DNA of 36,841 bases from Promethearchaeota archaeon (GTDB taxonomy: Archaea > Asgardarchaeota > Lokiarchaeia > Sigyniarchaeales > SOKP01): NCBI GenBank assembly GCA_019058015.1, contig JAHLWH010000107.1:1-36841 (forward strand), read 5' to 3'. The notes beneath the pieces were generated by a model. The model did not search any database and was not told where the DNA came from. It saw only the letters and a program-made list of their open reading frames with translations. Made by a program: the position numbers and the translations under genes. Shown one piece after another: positions 17,392-28,300 of the stretch. Within the stretch, counting starts at the first letter, position 1. Each line of letters begins with the position of its first letter.

Positions 17392-18636
17392 ATGAATATT
17401 CCAGATTTAACTGAAATTTTTTTCAATTTAAGTAAAAAAGCTATTCTCGAAAGAGCGAAAAAATTCATATTTTCTACAGGACTAAATGACGGAGCAAGTC
17501 AGCTAAGTAAAGAAAATATGGCATATGGTTTAGCTCAGTTTCATTATATACAACAGAAATTTGGGTTAAACCCAAAAGCATTATTTATTTCAACTCCAGA
17601 TGAAACGATTTCAAGAAATACTTTTCGATGGAATTCTGGGGTAAGTTATGGGGGACGATTAAGCTGGGGAAATGGTCAAGATAGATTTATTTTTCTAAAC
17701 ACAAAACCCAATGGTTGTGGTTTATTAATTGGGGGTTTAAATGAAAGACCAAACCCCTCTAAAATAATAAAAAGAATTGAAGATATTAAAAATGAAGATC
17801 TATATTTAGAAAATGTTAAACTCAAGTGGGATTACTCAGTAGGAAATCATTTTATTGATATTTACCAAACAAAAAATTTATCAGATATTGACTTTCCCCC
17901 GTTTATGTTTGTTATTCATGGTTCTGTATCTGAATTTCGTGATGATCACTACGGTTTAGGGTTATATATTGATAAATCTAAGACGTTAAAACAACATGCA
18001 ACTCTTGTTGAAACACCATTTGGGAATCAGTATATAATACAAGATAATTTAGCAAAGGAATATCTAGATTTTCATAATTACGCAAATCGTTTTGCTGAAA
18101 AGAAAAGAGAATATATTGGAAGTAAAATATTTAATGAATTTGATATAATATCTAATAAGTCCCATCAATTCTTAGCTGATTATAATAATATTTATTTAGG
18201 TTGTCATTGTACAGATCTTTCAAAGAATACAAATACCCAATCAAATTTATTTCCAATCTGCATTAGGGCAGATATGCCTGCATATATCTTCGAAGGAAAA
18301 CCAAATTTATCTTATACAGTTATGAAAAATCTTAATTTTCTAGAACTAGCACAGAAATTTGATTTAATAGATATTTTATTAAATGCTAATATTTTGCCTC
18401 ATGGTGCAGGATATGCATTCCCTGATATCGAAAATGTGGAAAAAGTAATAGAAATTGGAACCCATAGATATTTTCTGTGCAGTCTAAAATCTAAAGTTGG
18501 AGCCAAAAAGATTTTCAGAAATCCTCGCGAAATGCAATTCATTTATCGGGATCGAAGTGTGATACTTAAAACTATACAACTGGATTTGGGACACATTGTT
18601 GCAAGATTGGATCCTGATTTTATATTAAAAATTTAG
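17392..18636 (+). CDS. RtcB-like RNA ligase family protein (divergent)
   Basis: TPD, NGCG, GNHFID, IHGS, SHQ and PHGAG occur in the order of the RtcB metal and guanylylation motifs. Confidence 0.75.
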   Translation: MNIPDLTEIFFNLSKKAILERAKKFIFSTGLNDGASQLSKENMAYGLAQFHYIQQKFGLNPKALFISTPDETISRNTFRWNSGVSYGGRLSWGNGQDRFIFLNTKPNGCGLLIGGLNERPNPSKIIKRIEDIKNEDLYLENVKLKWDYSVGNHFIDIYQTKNLSDIDFPPFMFVIHGSVSEFRDDHYGLGLYIDKSKTLKQHATLVETPFGNQYIIQDNLAKEYLDFHNYANRFAEKKREYIGSKIFNEFDIISNKSHQFLADYNNIYLGCHCTDLSKNTNTQSNLFPICIRADMPAYIFEGKPNLSYTVMKNLNFLELAQKFDLIDILLNANILPHGAGYAFPDIENVEKVIEIGTHRYFLCSLKSKVGAKKIFRNPREMQFIYRDRSVILKTIQLDLGHIVARLDPDFILKI

Positions 18637-18649
18637 ATTAAAATAGAAG

Positions 18650-20758
18650 TCATTCAATTTTTGATCCCAATTTTATATCTTTTTTTTCGTCAATAGTTAA
18701 AAGAGACACATTATCATCTTCATCAACAGCGGCTAAAAGCATTCCTTGAGATAAAATTCCTTTCATTTTTTTAGCTTGTAAATTAGTTAATACAATAATT
18801 TTTTTTTCGATAAGTTCTTCTGGTTTATAAGTTTGAGCTAATCCGGCAACTAGAGTTCTTTGTTCAAATCCCAAATCTATTTTTAATTTTAGTAATTTAT
18901 CCGCATTTTTAATTGATTCTGCTTCAATTATCTTGGCAATACGTATATCTAATTTTTTAAAATCTTCATAAGTGATTGGGGAGTTTTTTTTAGATTCTTT
19001 TACCAATTCCTTTCTTCCTCCTTTTTGACCACGAATTTCTTTTAATTTATTTTGAAAATCTTTTATTTCAAGTTTTTTAAATATTGGTTCTGGTTTTTTA
19101 ATTTTATGGCCGGCATTAATAGCATTAGAGGAAATTTGAGACCATCTAGTAAGTTTTCTTTCTTCCTCAAAATTTAAGAAAACTTTAATTTTTTTAGATG
19201 ATAGAGGAATAAATGGTTCTAATAAAATAGATAAGCTATGAACAAATTGAATACATATATTTAAAACGTGTCCTGCTTTAGTTTTATCTTCTTTAATTAA
19301 ATGCCAAGGTTCTTTTTCACTTAAATAAATATTTGCTTCTCTAGAACACGATAGTATCTCTTTTAATGCCTTTTTTAACTCAAACTGATCAATTAAATTT
19401 CCAACAACTTTACCAATGTTTTTGATTTTTGAAAGAAATTCTTTATCTAAGTTATCTGTTTTTATTCGTGGAGGAACTATTCCCTCAAAATATCTGTAAA
19501 TAAATGTGAATGTTCGATGGATAAAATTACCTAAATTATCATTTAAACTATTAATATTATTTTGAAATTCTGACCATAAAAATGAAGTATCGCTCTTCTC
19601 TGGACGATTAAAAATTAAATTAAATCGCCAATAATCTACAGGTGCTAGTTCTAAAGCCTCATCAATCCAAATTCCTATGTTTCTAGATTTTGAAAATTTA
19701 TCATTCTCAAACATTAAAAATTCAGTTGATGAAACATTATAAGGAAGTTCAAATTTCTCATTTTCGGGTTTATTTTTATTATATGCTATAATTAAACCGG
19801 GAAATATCAATAAATGAAAAATAATATTATCTTTCGCGATGAAATAAACAGAACGAGTGTTTTTATCATTCCAAAAATATTCAAATTTTAATTTATCTCC
19901 AACTATTTTTTCTGCCCATTCTTTAACTGCAGAGATATATCCTAATACAGCTTCGAACCAGACATATATCGTTTTTTCTTCTGCTCCTTTAAATGGTGCG
20001 GGAATTCCCCATTCTAAATCACGAGTAATTGCTCTCTGTGGTATTCCTCTCTTAATTGAATTAAGGCATGATGTTCGGGCATTTGCAGGTATTATTTTAT
20101 TTTCAATAATAAATTTCTCCAATTCTTTCTCTAATTTTGGAAGATCCAAATACCAATGTTTTGTTTTTTTTATTATCGGTTTTTGTCCACATATATTACA
20201 TCGAGGGTCTATCAATTCTATAGGTGTTAAAAGTTTCCCACAATCCGGTGAATCGCACTGATCGCCTCGGGCAGCATCAAATCCGCAATGAGGACATGTT
20301 CCAACAATAAATCGGTCGGGTAAGAATAAATTATCATTTTCACAATAAAATTCATCTGTTTCTTTCTCAAAGATATACCCATTTTTTTGAATTTCAAGGT
20401 AAAAATCTTGAACGAATTTCATATGTATTGGGTTATGTGTGTCTGTATAATTGTCAAAAGAGATTTGCCATTTTTCAAGAAGATCTTTAATTAAATTGTG
20501 ATTTTTTATTGCTAATTTTTCAGGAGTTGTATTTATTTTTTTTGCTGCCACAATAGCAGGACTTCCATGCATATCACTACCAGATACAAATACAACTTCT
20601 GCACCCTTTGATCTTAAATATCTTGCAAAAATGTCAGCAGAGAGAATACTCCCAATCATATTTCCTAAATGCGGAATAGCATTAACGTATGGCCATGCGG
20701 CAGTACAGACCCATTTTTCTTTTTTATCAGTGTTTTTCAATTTAACGATCACCTTCAA
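18650..20758 (-). CDS. metG: Methionyl-tRNA synthetase with C-terminal tRNA-binding OB domain
   Basis: PYVNAIPHLGN (HIGH-like), Zn knuckles, YVWFEA, KFSKS, C-terminal DIRIAKI...SQGMLLAA. Confidence 0.98.
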   Translation of the reverse strand: MKVIVKLKNTDKKEKWVCTAAWPYVNAIPHLGNMIGSILSADIFARYLRSKGAEVVFVSGSDMHGSPAIVAAKKINTTPEKLAIKNHNLIKDLLEKWQISFDNYTDTHNPIHMKFVQDFYLEIQKNGYIFEKETDEFYCENDNLFLPDRFIVGTCPHCGFDAARGDQCDSPDCGKLLTPIELIDPRCNICGQKPIIKKTKHWYLDLPKLEKELEKFIIENKIIPANARTSCLNSIKRGIPQRAITRDLEWGIPAPFKGAEEKTIYVWFEAVLGYISAVKEWAEKIVGDKLKFEYFWNDKNTRSVYFIAKDNIIFHLLIFPGLIIAYNKNKPENEKFELPYNVSSTEFLMFENDKFSKSRNIGIWIDEALELAPVDYWRFNLIFNRPEKSDTSFLWSEFQNNINSLNDNLGNFIHRTFTFIYRYFEGIVPPRIKTDNLDKEFLSKIKNIGKVVGNLIDQFELKKALKEILSCSREANIYLSEKEPWHLIKEDKTKAGHVLNICIQFVHSLSILLEPFIPLSSKKIKVFLNFEEERKLTRWSQISSNAINAGHKIKKPEPIFKKLEIKDFQNKLKEIRGQKGGRKELVKESKKNSPITYEDFKKLDIRIAKIIEAESIKNADKLLKLKIDLGFEQRTLVAGLAQTYKPEELIEKKIIVLTNLQAKKMKGILSQGMLLAAVDEDDNVSLLTIDEKKDIKLGSKIE

Positions 20759-20913
20759 TTAATTAGCAGTAAGAATAACAACAAGATAAATAAAATTAAT
20801 AAAAATATGAAGTTTATGATTTATTTAATAATAGAATATTCAAAATTAAATAAATTCAGAAAGTTATTATTATTTTTTTTAAAATAAATTGATTATCGAT
20901 ATCTTTTTCTTTC

Positions 20914-22383
20914 TTAAACTTTTTCGTTGGGAGCAACTTTTGTATTTTTAAGATTTTTTAGTTCTACAGCTCTTTTTGCGAGGATGTTTTTTATATTTTC
21001 AATATCCCCATTTATTTTTCGTTTCGCATAAGCCCATAATATAGCTCCAGGCACACCAATAAAAGTAATAACTAAGGATGCTAAAATATAATTCTGTCCG
21101 CTTGCTGAAAGCACAGCTCCTGCAATTAAAGGTCCAGTTCCTTGTCCTAATGTTTCTAAAAATTGATTCCAAGAGGAAACTCTCCCTTGAGCCTCTGGTA
21201 GATTAATTGCTTGTAGAATTGGTGGTTGATTAATTTGATATATTGCTCGAACTGAGCTGATGGAAAACCAGAGAACCCCAGTAATCCAAAATTGAGGGAA
21301 CTGTAATAAAAAAATGAAATTATTGCCTTGTTCTTCAGTAAATCCTGAGTCCCCAAAAGGTACTAAAAAAATAAATAATTGAGCAATAGCAAGCCATATA
21401 ATTGAAAAAACGATTAGATCAAGGCGGATTTGGATATTTTTTTTACCCCATTCATCTGATTTTTTTGCAAAACCTAAAGAACCGAGAAACGCGCCAGGCA
21501 TACCAAATAAAACTACAATAAATGCAGTAGAAACTGAACTAATATTTAATGGAGGTGTTTGCAGATATGGTAATATTAAAAAATTAAGTGTACCTAATAA
21601 GACACAAGTGAATATACCTTCAATAAAGGCAACAACATTAGTTGTCCTTAAAATCGTAGATTTAACTGTTTTTTTTGTTAAACGATAATTATATGTAACG
21701 CTCTTATCTTCAAGTACTTCTGTTAATACATCTAAAGATCGAAATGCTCTCTTGGGTTCATTAATTTTTAAACCAATTATGAATGTGCTTAAAATGACCA
21801 TTATGCCTACACTCCAATAGTAAATTTTCCAGTATCCCGCGTAAATTAAGGATGATGAAATAATCATACCAATAACTAATGCAATTTGGGCTATTGAATG
21901 AAAAATTCCAAAAAATTGAGAACGATTTTCTTTTTCAAGATTATCATTAGTGTAGCTCAATAATATCGGACGGATACCTCCAAGTCCAAACCCCGCTATC
22001 ATATTACATATGAGAAACCACGCCCAAGAAATTATTCCTTCAGCTTCTGGTGCAAAACCATTCAAGAGATAAGCGAATCCAATCAAACTTAAGATAAAAA
22101 GAAATAAATTTTTTCTCGAAAAAAGGTCAGTGAGATGTCCAATAATCATTCCTGAAAAAGCCATTGATAAAAATTTTACTGATATGATTAAACCCATTTC
22201 AAATGCATGGAATTCATCATTAGGCCACATAATTTTGGAGAAATTTATCATATTTAATACAAAAGCAGCCATTGTAAGGGCAATAATACTATATGATAAA
22301 AAAATTGGCCACAATCCTCTTACTGTCGGTGTAATTTCAATTTTCCTTTCTTTTCGGCCGAAAAATTTCTCAATCATTATCAA
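20914..22383 (-). CDS. MFS transporter
   Basis: About 12 TMs; motif A GHLTDLFSRK; RSQFFGIF and QGRVSSWNQFLETLGQGTGPLIAG. Confidence 0.93.
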   Translation of the reverse strand: MIMIEKFFGRKERKIEITPTVRGLWPIFLSYSIIALTMAAFVLNMINFSKIMWPNDEFHAFEMGLIISVKFLSMAFSGMIIGHLTDLFSRKNLFLFILSLIGFAYLLNGFAPEAEGIISWAWFLICNMIAGFGLGGIRPILLSYTNDNLEKENRSQFFGIFHSIAQIALVIGMIISSSLIYAGYWKIYYWSVGIMVILSTFIIGLKINEPKRAFRSLDVLTEVLEDKSVTYNYRLTKKTVKSTILRTTNVVAFIEGIFTCVLLGTLNFLILPYLQTPPLNISSVSTAFIVVLFGMPGAFLGSLGFAKKSDEWGKKNIQIRLDLIVFSIIWLAIAQLFIFLVPFGDSGFTEEQGNNFIFLLQFPQFWITGVLWFSISSVRAIYQINQPPILQAINLPEAQGRVSSWNQFLETLGQGTGPLIAGAVLSASGQNYILASLVITFIGVPGAILWAYAKRKINGDIENIKNILAKRAVELKNLKNTKVAPNEKV

Positions 22384-22466
22384 TCTAAATATTTAATATA
22401 ATTTAATTTTACTGATATTTATTAAATAAAATAAAAAAGGAAAAATATGATTAAATTCATTCGAAT

Positions 22467-23639
22467 TTACATGATTATTGAACCACAGTTTCTACAGGAT
22501 TTTGTTTCATTATACATTTTCTTCAAGCATGGTTCATGGAAAAACGCATCACAATTCTCGCAACGATAAACATCATACTCTCCCAGAAATATTGATCTAC
22601 ATTGCGAACAAGATTCATCTATTTCAGCAACTTTATTTGGAGGTATTTTAACCATTCGTGTTGATTTTTTATCTTGTTGATCAATAATTTTAATACCAAT
22701 TTTTTCTGTTGAAATAGAACTAATCATTTTCATTATTGATTGAGGTACTCTCAATAAAAAATAACAGAAGGGGCAGCGAAAAATAGAAGTCTCGTATTCT
22801 GACTTCTTTGCCCAGAGTGCAGCGCAGTGTAAATGATACGGTCGGCCACAAGAAGGGCAATAGCGACCACTTGCAAAAAAGTCAGCACCATTAAGAGGAT
22901 TTTTAATTGAGTGGCAAATTTGACATTTTTCCTGACCTTTTCCTCCCATCATTGCTTTAATTTCAGATACTGTTGGACGTCGTAATTCTACTGCAATATC
23001 ATTTACTAACGGAGGAGGATGATCTTCAGATTTATTGGAAGGGAAATAATCTGATGTTTCCTTCAAAGTTTTCTTTGATGCAAATGCTTTACCTGCACTA
23101 ATTAATGCCTTTGAATTATTAAAATAACCAAATTCACCATTTGTCTTTTGAACTATTGTTTTAAGATAGTTTTCTGGATAATGCAAACTCTTACCAATTT
23201 GACATATATCAATAAAAATTCCTAAACCTTGTGCAATGTCAACCATTTTCTCAAGATCTGCTTTAGTATCTTCGATACTTCCATCAGTTATTATATATAT
23301 TCTTTGTACCTTGCCCCCGATTTTCCTCATTTCTTGAACAAGGATTTGTACTGCAAATTTGATCCCTTCAACTAAATTTCCCTGACCCGAAATTTCTATA
23401 TTGTTTAATAATTTAATTAACTTAGTGTCATCACTCAAAAAAGAACTTATTCTTTTTGTACCTTTTCCATATGTAATTAGCATAATTCGGTCTTTAGGAT
23501 CAATTAGAATTTTGGAAGAAATGAAATTTTTTACTGAGTTTAAAGCTACTGACAATCTTCTTGGTTTAAAATCACTTCTAATCATTGAGCGAGAGCAATC
23601 AATGAGAATTATTGTATCTTCAAGTTTAATTTCTTCCAA
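22467..23639 (-). CDS. vWA (Ssl1/p44-Rpn10-like) domain + two RING-like zinc fingers
   Basis: IILIDCSRSMIRSDFKPRRL (MIDAS-like); CQIC...CPSC...HLHC...CPFC; CSQC...CENC...HEPC...CRNC. Confidence 0.88.
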   Translation of the reverse strand: MEEIKLEDTIILIDCSRSMIRSDFKPRRLSVALNSVKNFISSKILIDPKDRIMLITYGKGTKRISSFLSDDTKLIKLLNNIEISGQGNLVEGIKFAVQILVQEMRKIGGKVQRIYIITDGSIEDTKADLEKMVDIAQGLGIFIDICQIGKSLHYPENYLKTIVQKTNGEFGYFNNSKALISAGKAFASKKTLKETSDYFPSNKSEDHPPPLVNDIAVELRRPTVSEIKAMMGGKGQEKCQICHSIKNPLNGADFFASGRYCPSCGRPYHLHCAALWAKKSEYETSIFRCPFCYFLLRVPQSIMKMISSISTEKIGIKIIDQQDKKSTRMVKIPPNKVAEIDESCSQCRSIFLGEYDVYRCENCDAFFHEPCLKKMYNETKSCRNCGSIIM

Positions 23640-23741
23640 GATAATTCACTAATTTACAAATTAACCCATATTACTTATTTTTATTCTTACTTATACTAGT
23701 TGTTTCATTAAAATAATTAATTATACTAAGAAAATATAAAT

Positions 23742-25109
23742 CTAACGTAGTAAATTTTGAATCTTTTTTATTTGTTGATTTAATTTTATTAATTTCTTTT
23801 CACTTTTTTCTTTATCAAATTCAGAAGTTAATATATCCTTAATTTCAAATAAATATTTTAAAGTTTTTATATAATTTTTTTTCTTTTCTGCTTTAATTGA
23901 TTGCTCTCTTGCAAATTCTAATTCAATTTCTTTATTAAATTTTAAGATTTCTAAAATCTGAAAAGATATTTTTCCGATTTCAGCATGTGCATTATATTTT
24001 TTAGCATAAACAAGTGCCTTTTCATATTCATTTAAAGCATCTTGATACGCAGAATTTTTATTAGCAACTTCAGCTTTGTTAAGATAGAATATCATTTTTT
24101 GATGAGATTCTTCAATACTTATTGATGTGCTTTCATTTAGAACCTCTGATAATTCTTCTATCTCCAAAATTTTCCGAATTTCGTATTCTCTTTCTTGTTT
24201 TTTTTGTCTTCTTATATCAAGTTCATATCTCTGAAATTGTAAATCTTTACTAAGAATTATATTATTTCTAAGCATTTGATAAATATTCCAAAGTATTTCT
24301 TCTCTTGGTATAATTCCTAATATTCGAGCAGTTGTATCTAATATGTTTGGAATGAAAAAATATGGCTTTTCCTTTAGCAAATCATTACTATATTCAAACA
24401 CAGCTTTTTGAATGAGAGAGAAGTTGTCGATGATATTGGGAGGAATTTGAGCAGATAAAGTCTGTGGATAAATTAAATTTACTTCAAACATTTTTTCAAT
24501 CCATTTTTTAACAGATTTAAACAATTCTAGGTTACCTGTTTTTTCAAATTCTTTCAATTTATCTCCATAGATCTTTTCAAAATTTTCTATAAAATGTGAT
24601 AATAATTCTCTTAAATTAGATGAAGCACTATTATCTAGTATTAGACAGATTCTACAAAACTTACCATTCCGTAAGAGAATATTAAAATCTTTATATTGGA
24701 ATTCATAAAATTTTCTATCATGGATATCCTCAGAAGTTCGTTTTTTATCAGCTATTGTTAATTTTTCAGATGAAAATAGAACATTTGCTTGAATAAATCC
24801 TGATAATAAAGTTGCATCAATCGGGTGATCACCAACGGCCATATTATATAAAGGTATTCCATTATTTGAAAGAATTATAATATGCCTTATATTTAAAATA
24901 TCTTTATATTTTTTCCAAATATATCTATAATTCATTTCTTGTCTTTTTATATCAGAATCCTGTTCTATTGTCTCTATTTTGTCAATTATAAATTCTGCAT
25001 TTTTAAATTTTTTAAATATACATCTTGGGCAATAATCTGGATAATCTAGAGGACAAACTGATTTATCTACTCCACATTCATAACCTAAAACCAATTTAAA
25101 GTAAGTCAA
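23742..25109 (-). CDS. Longin-like domain + TPR-like C-terminus, with an N-terminal Cys cluster
   Basis: IRHIIILSNNGIPLY...LLSGFIQA...EFQYKDFNILLRNGKFCRICLIL is longin-like; YQDALNEYEKAL is TPR-like; N-terminal C-x6-C-x7-CPRC. Confidence 0.75.
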   Translation of the reverse strand: MTYFKLVLGYECGVDKSVCPLDYPDYCPRCIFKKFKNAEFIIDKIETIEQDSDIKRQEMNYRYIWKKYKDILNIRHIIILSNNGIPLYNMAVGDHPIDATLLSGFIQANVLFSSEKLTIADKKRTSEDIHDRKFYEFQYKDFNILLRNGKFCRICLILDNSASSNLRELLSHFIENFEKIYGDKLKEFEKTGNLELFKSVKKWIEKMFEVNLIYPQTLSAQIPPNIIDNFSLIQKAVFEYSNDLLKEKPYFFIPNILDTTARILGIIPREEILWNIYQMLRNNIILSKDLQFQRYELDIRRQKKQEREYEIRKILEIEELSEVLNESTSISIEESHQKMIFYLNKAEVANKNSAYQDALNEYEKALVYAKKYNAHAEIGKISFQILEILKFNKEIELEFAREQSIKAEKKKNYIKTLKYLFEIKDILTSEFDKEKSEKKLIKLNQQIKKIQNLLR

Positions 25110-25363
25110 TTAATCAACCCTTAATTAATTGTTCAGTTATTTTATATTAACAGTTTAAATCTTACAATATTATTAACATTTATTTTTTCTTTTATATTTA
25201 AAGGAATCTCTGAGATTTTAATATATAAATTGAAAATTTAATAATTTGTTGCAATACGTAATATATTTTCTATTGAATTAGAAATAACAACGAATTTAAT
25301 ATGAATTTTCATTTAATAAATTTTAAAATCTAAGGATATTTTAATTTTTTATAAATTAAATAA

Positions 25364-28300
25364 ATGGTAATACAAGTGAATATCAAAAAATCAAAATTGG
25401 AATGTATCTTTTTGGTCATAATTTTAACATTTTTAATTTTGAATTCTTTGATAATAACTCCTAACAATTTAACTTTTCAAAATAATGAGAATTCTCTTGA
25501 TTCTCCAATTAAATATAAAAAGGATAATCCGACAATGTCTCAAACCGATTTGGACAATCCAATTTATGGAGATGGATTAAATCAAACGGTAAGAGCATAT
25601 ATGAAAAATATCTCGACCTCAATAATGACTAATGGTTCTTTTAATATCACTGCACCTAATTTAAACTCGAAATTGACAGCTGGTGAATTTAATTTCACAT
25701 TTGATCGAAATTATAATACTACATATGAAATCGAAGATGATTCTGTATATGATTATCCAATTATTAAATTTCCGTTTGATAATGCAACAGAGAATTTAAT
25801 TAGTGGTAACAACATTTCGGGTGGGATAGCGGAGATTACAGATGATAATCCTTCATCATATTGGAAAATAAATTCTACATCTTCTCCTGGTGTTATTAAT
25901 TTTACAATTACTGCCAATTTTTCCAGTTCAAAAGATTTATTCTCTTTTAATTATTATAATATTAGTAGAATTGATGTAGATTTTACAATTAACTTAACAA
26001 AAGATGTTTATCTAACTGTTAAAATTTGGGATAGACTTGAGGATATATGGAATAATATCTCGTCAGATATCTTTATAAATAGTTCAGATTTAAATGAAAA
26101 GACAATAAATCTGGACATAATTAATAAAAATTTGAGATATATAAACTCTACAGGATATAGTATTTTTCAATTTTACTTTAGAAATACTATGGATAGTTTC
26201 AATTTGAGTTTTTATGAATTCGACGCTTTTGCTTCTTCAGTTTATGAATTACCAATCACCAACATGACTTATGTTGCATTAGAATTTGATTTAAGAGGAA
26301 ATGCAACCATAAATGGTTTTCAAACATGGATAAGATCTTTAAATTTATCAGCAGCCAATAATTCAAAATTAGTTATTTCACTTTATCGAGCAAATGCTAC
26401 AGTCCTAAGAAGCCAAATAAACGATGATTCTTCCCCAGCGGAAAATATTTTAATTAAACCAGAAATTTTTATTGATTCTATTGAAATATTGAATTATACT
26501 AATGATTCAATAGTAAATTTTAGTTTTACTACACCGATAACAAATCTTAATGTAAGTAATTATTTTTTTGTAATAAAATCAAACATTAGCACGGACGCCT
26601 TTCATTTAATGATTTTACCACAGACGGCTCCACCACCTCAAGGTTTTGATCCTGATCAGAAAAATAATCATTTATTACTTAAAACCGAAACCGATGGCTC
26701 TTCTTGGGTAAAATGTCAAGAGTTAACTTATGGACAGTTTGATGCAAGTCCTTTTATTATTAATGTAACCCGTGGATGGATACCTAATGATATTTTAAAT
26801 ATAACTATAGAAAATAAAACATTATCAAACATGGAAATTAGCATCTATCCATATAATCAATCTTCAACATACATTTGGGGTTTAGGACAATGGATAGGAG
26901 AATTTGAAGAACCAATAAATACATCAAAAGGTGCAAAATTTGAAGTTGTTTTGAATTGGAATAAAAATATTACATCTCACCTATTTTTTAGTGTTTCGTA
27001 CTCTGTAACAGCTTATTCATTAGAAACTGCTACTGCACATTATAACTGCACGTATGACGATCTTCCAAAATGGGAGTTGAACTATACATTTAATAATGAA
27101 AGGAGCTATTTCATCACTAATTGGTCGTTTTTGGAATTTTGGTATATATATCCTTCATATTGGACACCATATGATTTAATCTGTGCAGATTATAAATCAA
27201 AATATGATGTAAATTCTTCAGGCACATTAATTGAAAATGGTTCCTTCGGTAAATATGTTGTTCAAAATAATACAATTATCAATACCACAAATCCAAATCA
27301 TAGTGGGAATTATTCTCTAAAATTAACCAGTTTTAATTGTATTTACAATATGACATCTTATTTAAATTTTAATGATTCATATTATTGGCCAACTAATGGT
27401 TTTATGTTGGGTGATAATGTCTCAATAAGTCTAAATGTTCAAGATCATGATGTGAAACCAGTTTCTGATGGAATTGCCAATGCAAGTTTATTTTTACCGA
27501 ATGGTACAAAATTAATTAATTGGAACCTTTCGGATTCTAAAGGAGTAATTGATAATACTTTTGATGTTACAACTTATAATTTCGATAATTCGAATATTTT
27601 TAATTCGACCTTTTCAAACAAAAAAGGTTCTTACACAATTGGTTTCTTTTGGGAAAATGGAACTGCAATAGGCTACAAGAAAAAAACTTTCTATTTATCA
27701 GATTATGACTTTAATATAATTGATTGCACATATGATAAAGAGGAAGGAGGAAATATTTTTGAGGGAAATCTAATTAGGGCTGACACTGACTTAACTAATT
27801 ACTCTCTATTAATTGCAACTGTTAATGAATCAAAGAACATTAATACATTTACAATTAATAATACAATCTCTGAACATTTTTCAAATGATGATAATTTGAT
27901 TGTAGAAATTACTAATTTCCTTCAAAATGAAACGATCATAAGCCCAGGTGAAGATATTTCTTTTAAGATTAATGTAAAAAATAAAGATTTATATTTTCCT
28001 TTTAATGTAAGATTGTCTATTCAATTAGTTTCACCCATTAATCTAAATTGGATTATGACTGAAGTAAATACTCCTAATCAATTATTAAATTTTACAGGAA
28101 CACCTAATGATTCATTTGAATTTAATTATAACATAACTTTTATTAATAAAAATCCAGATGGGACATGGTACGGAATAAATTCACCTATTAGACTTGGTGG
28201 TTGTCAAACAAAAGTTAAAGTATTTATTGAAAATGAATTTTGTGGTTCTTGGATAAATAATGATTATTCAATTATAATAAATGATAATGAAACTGTTTTT

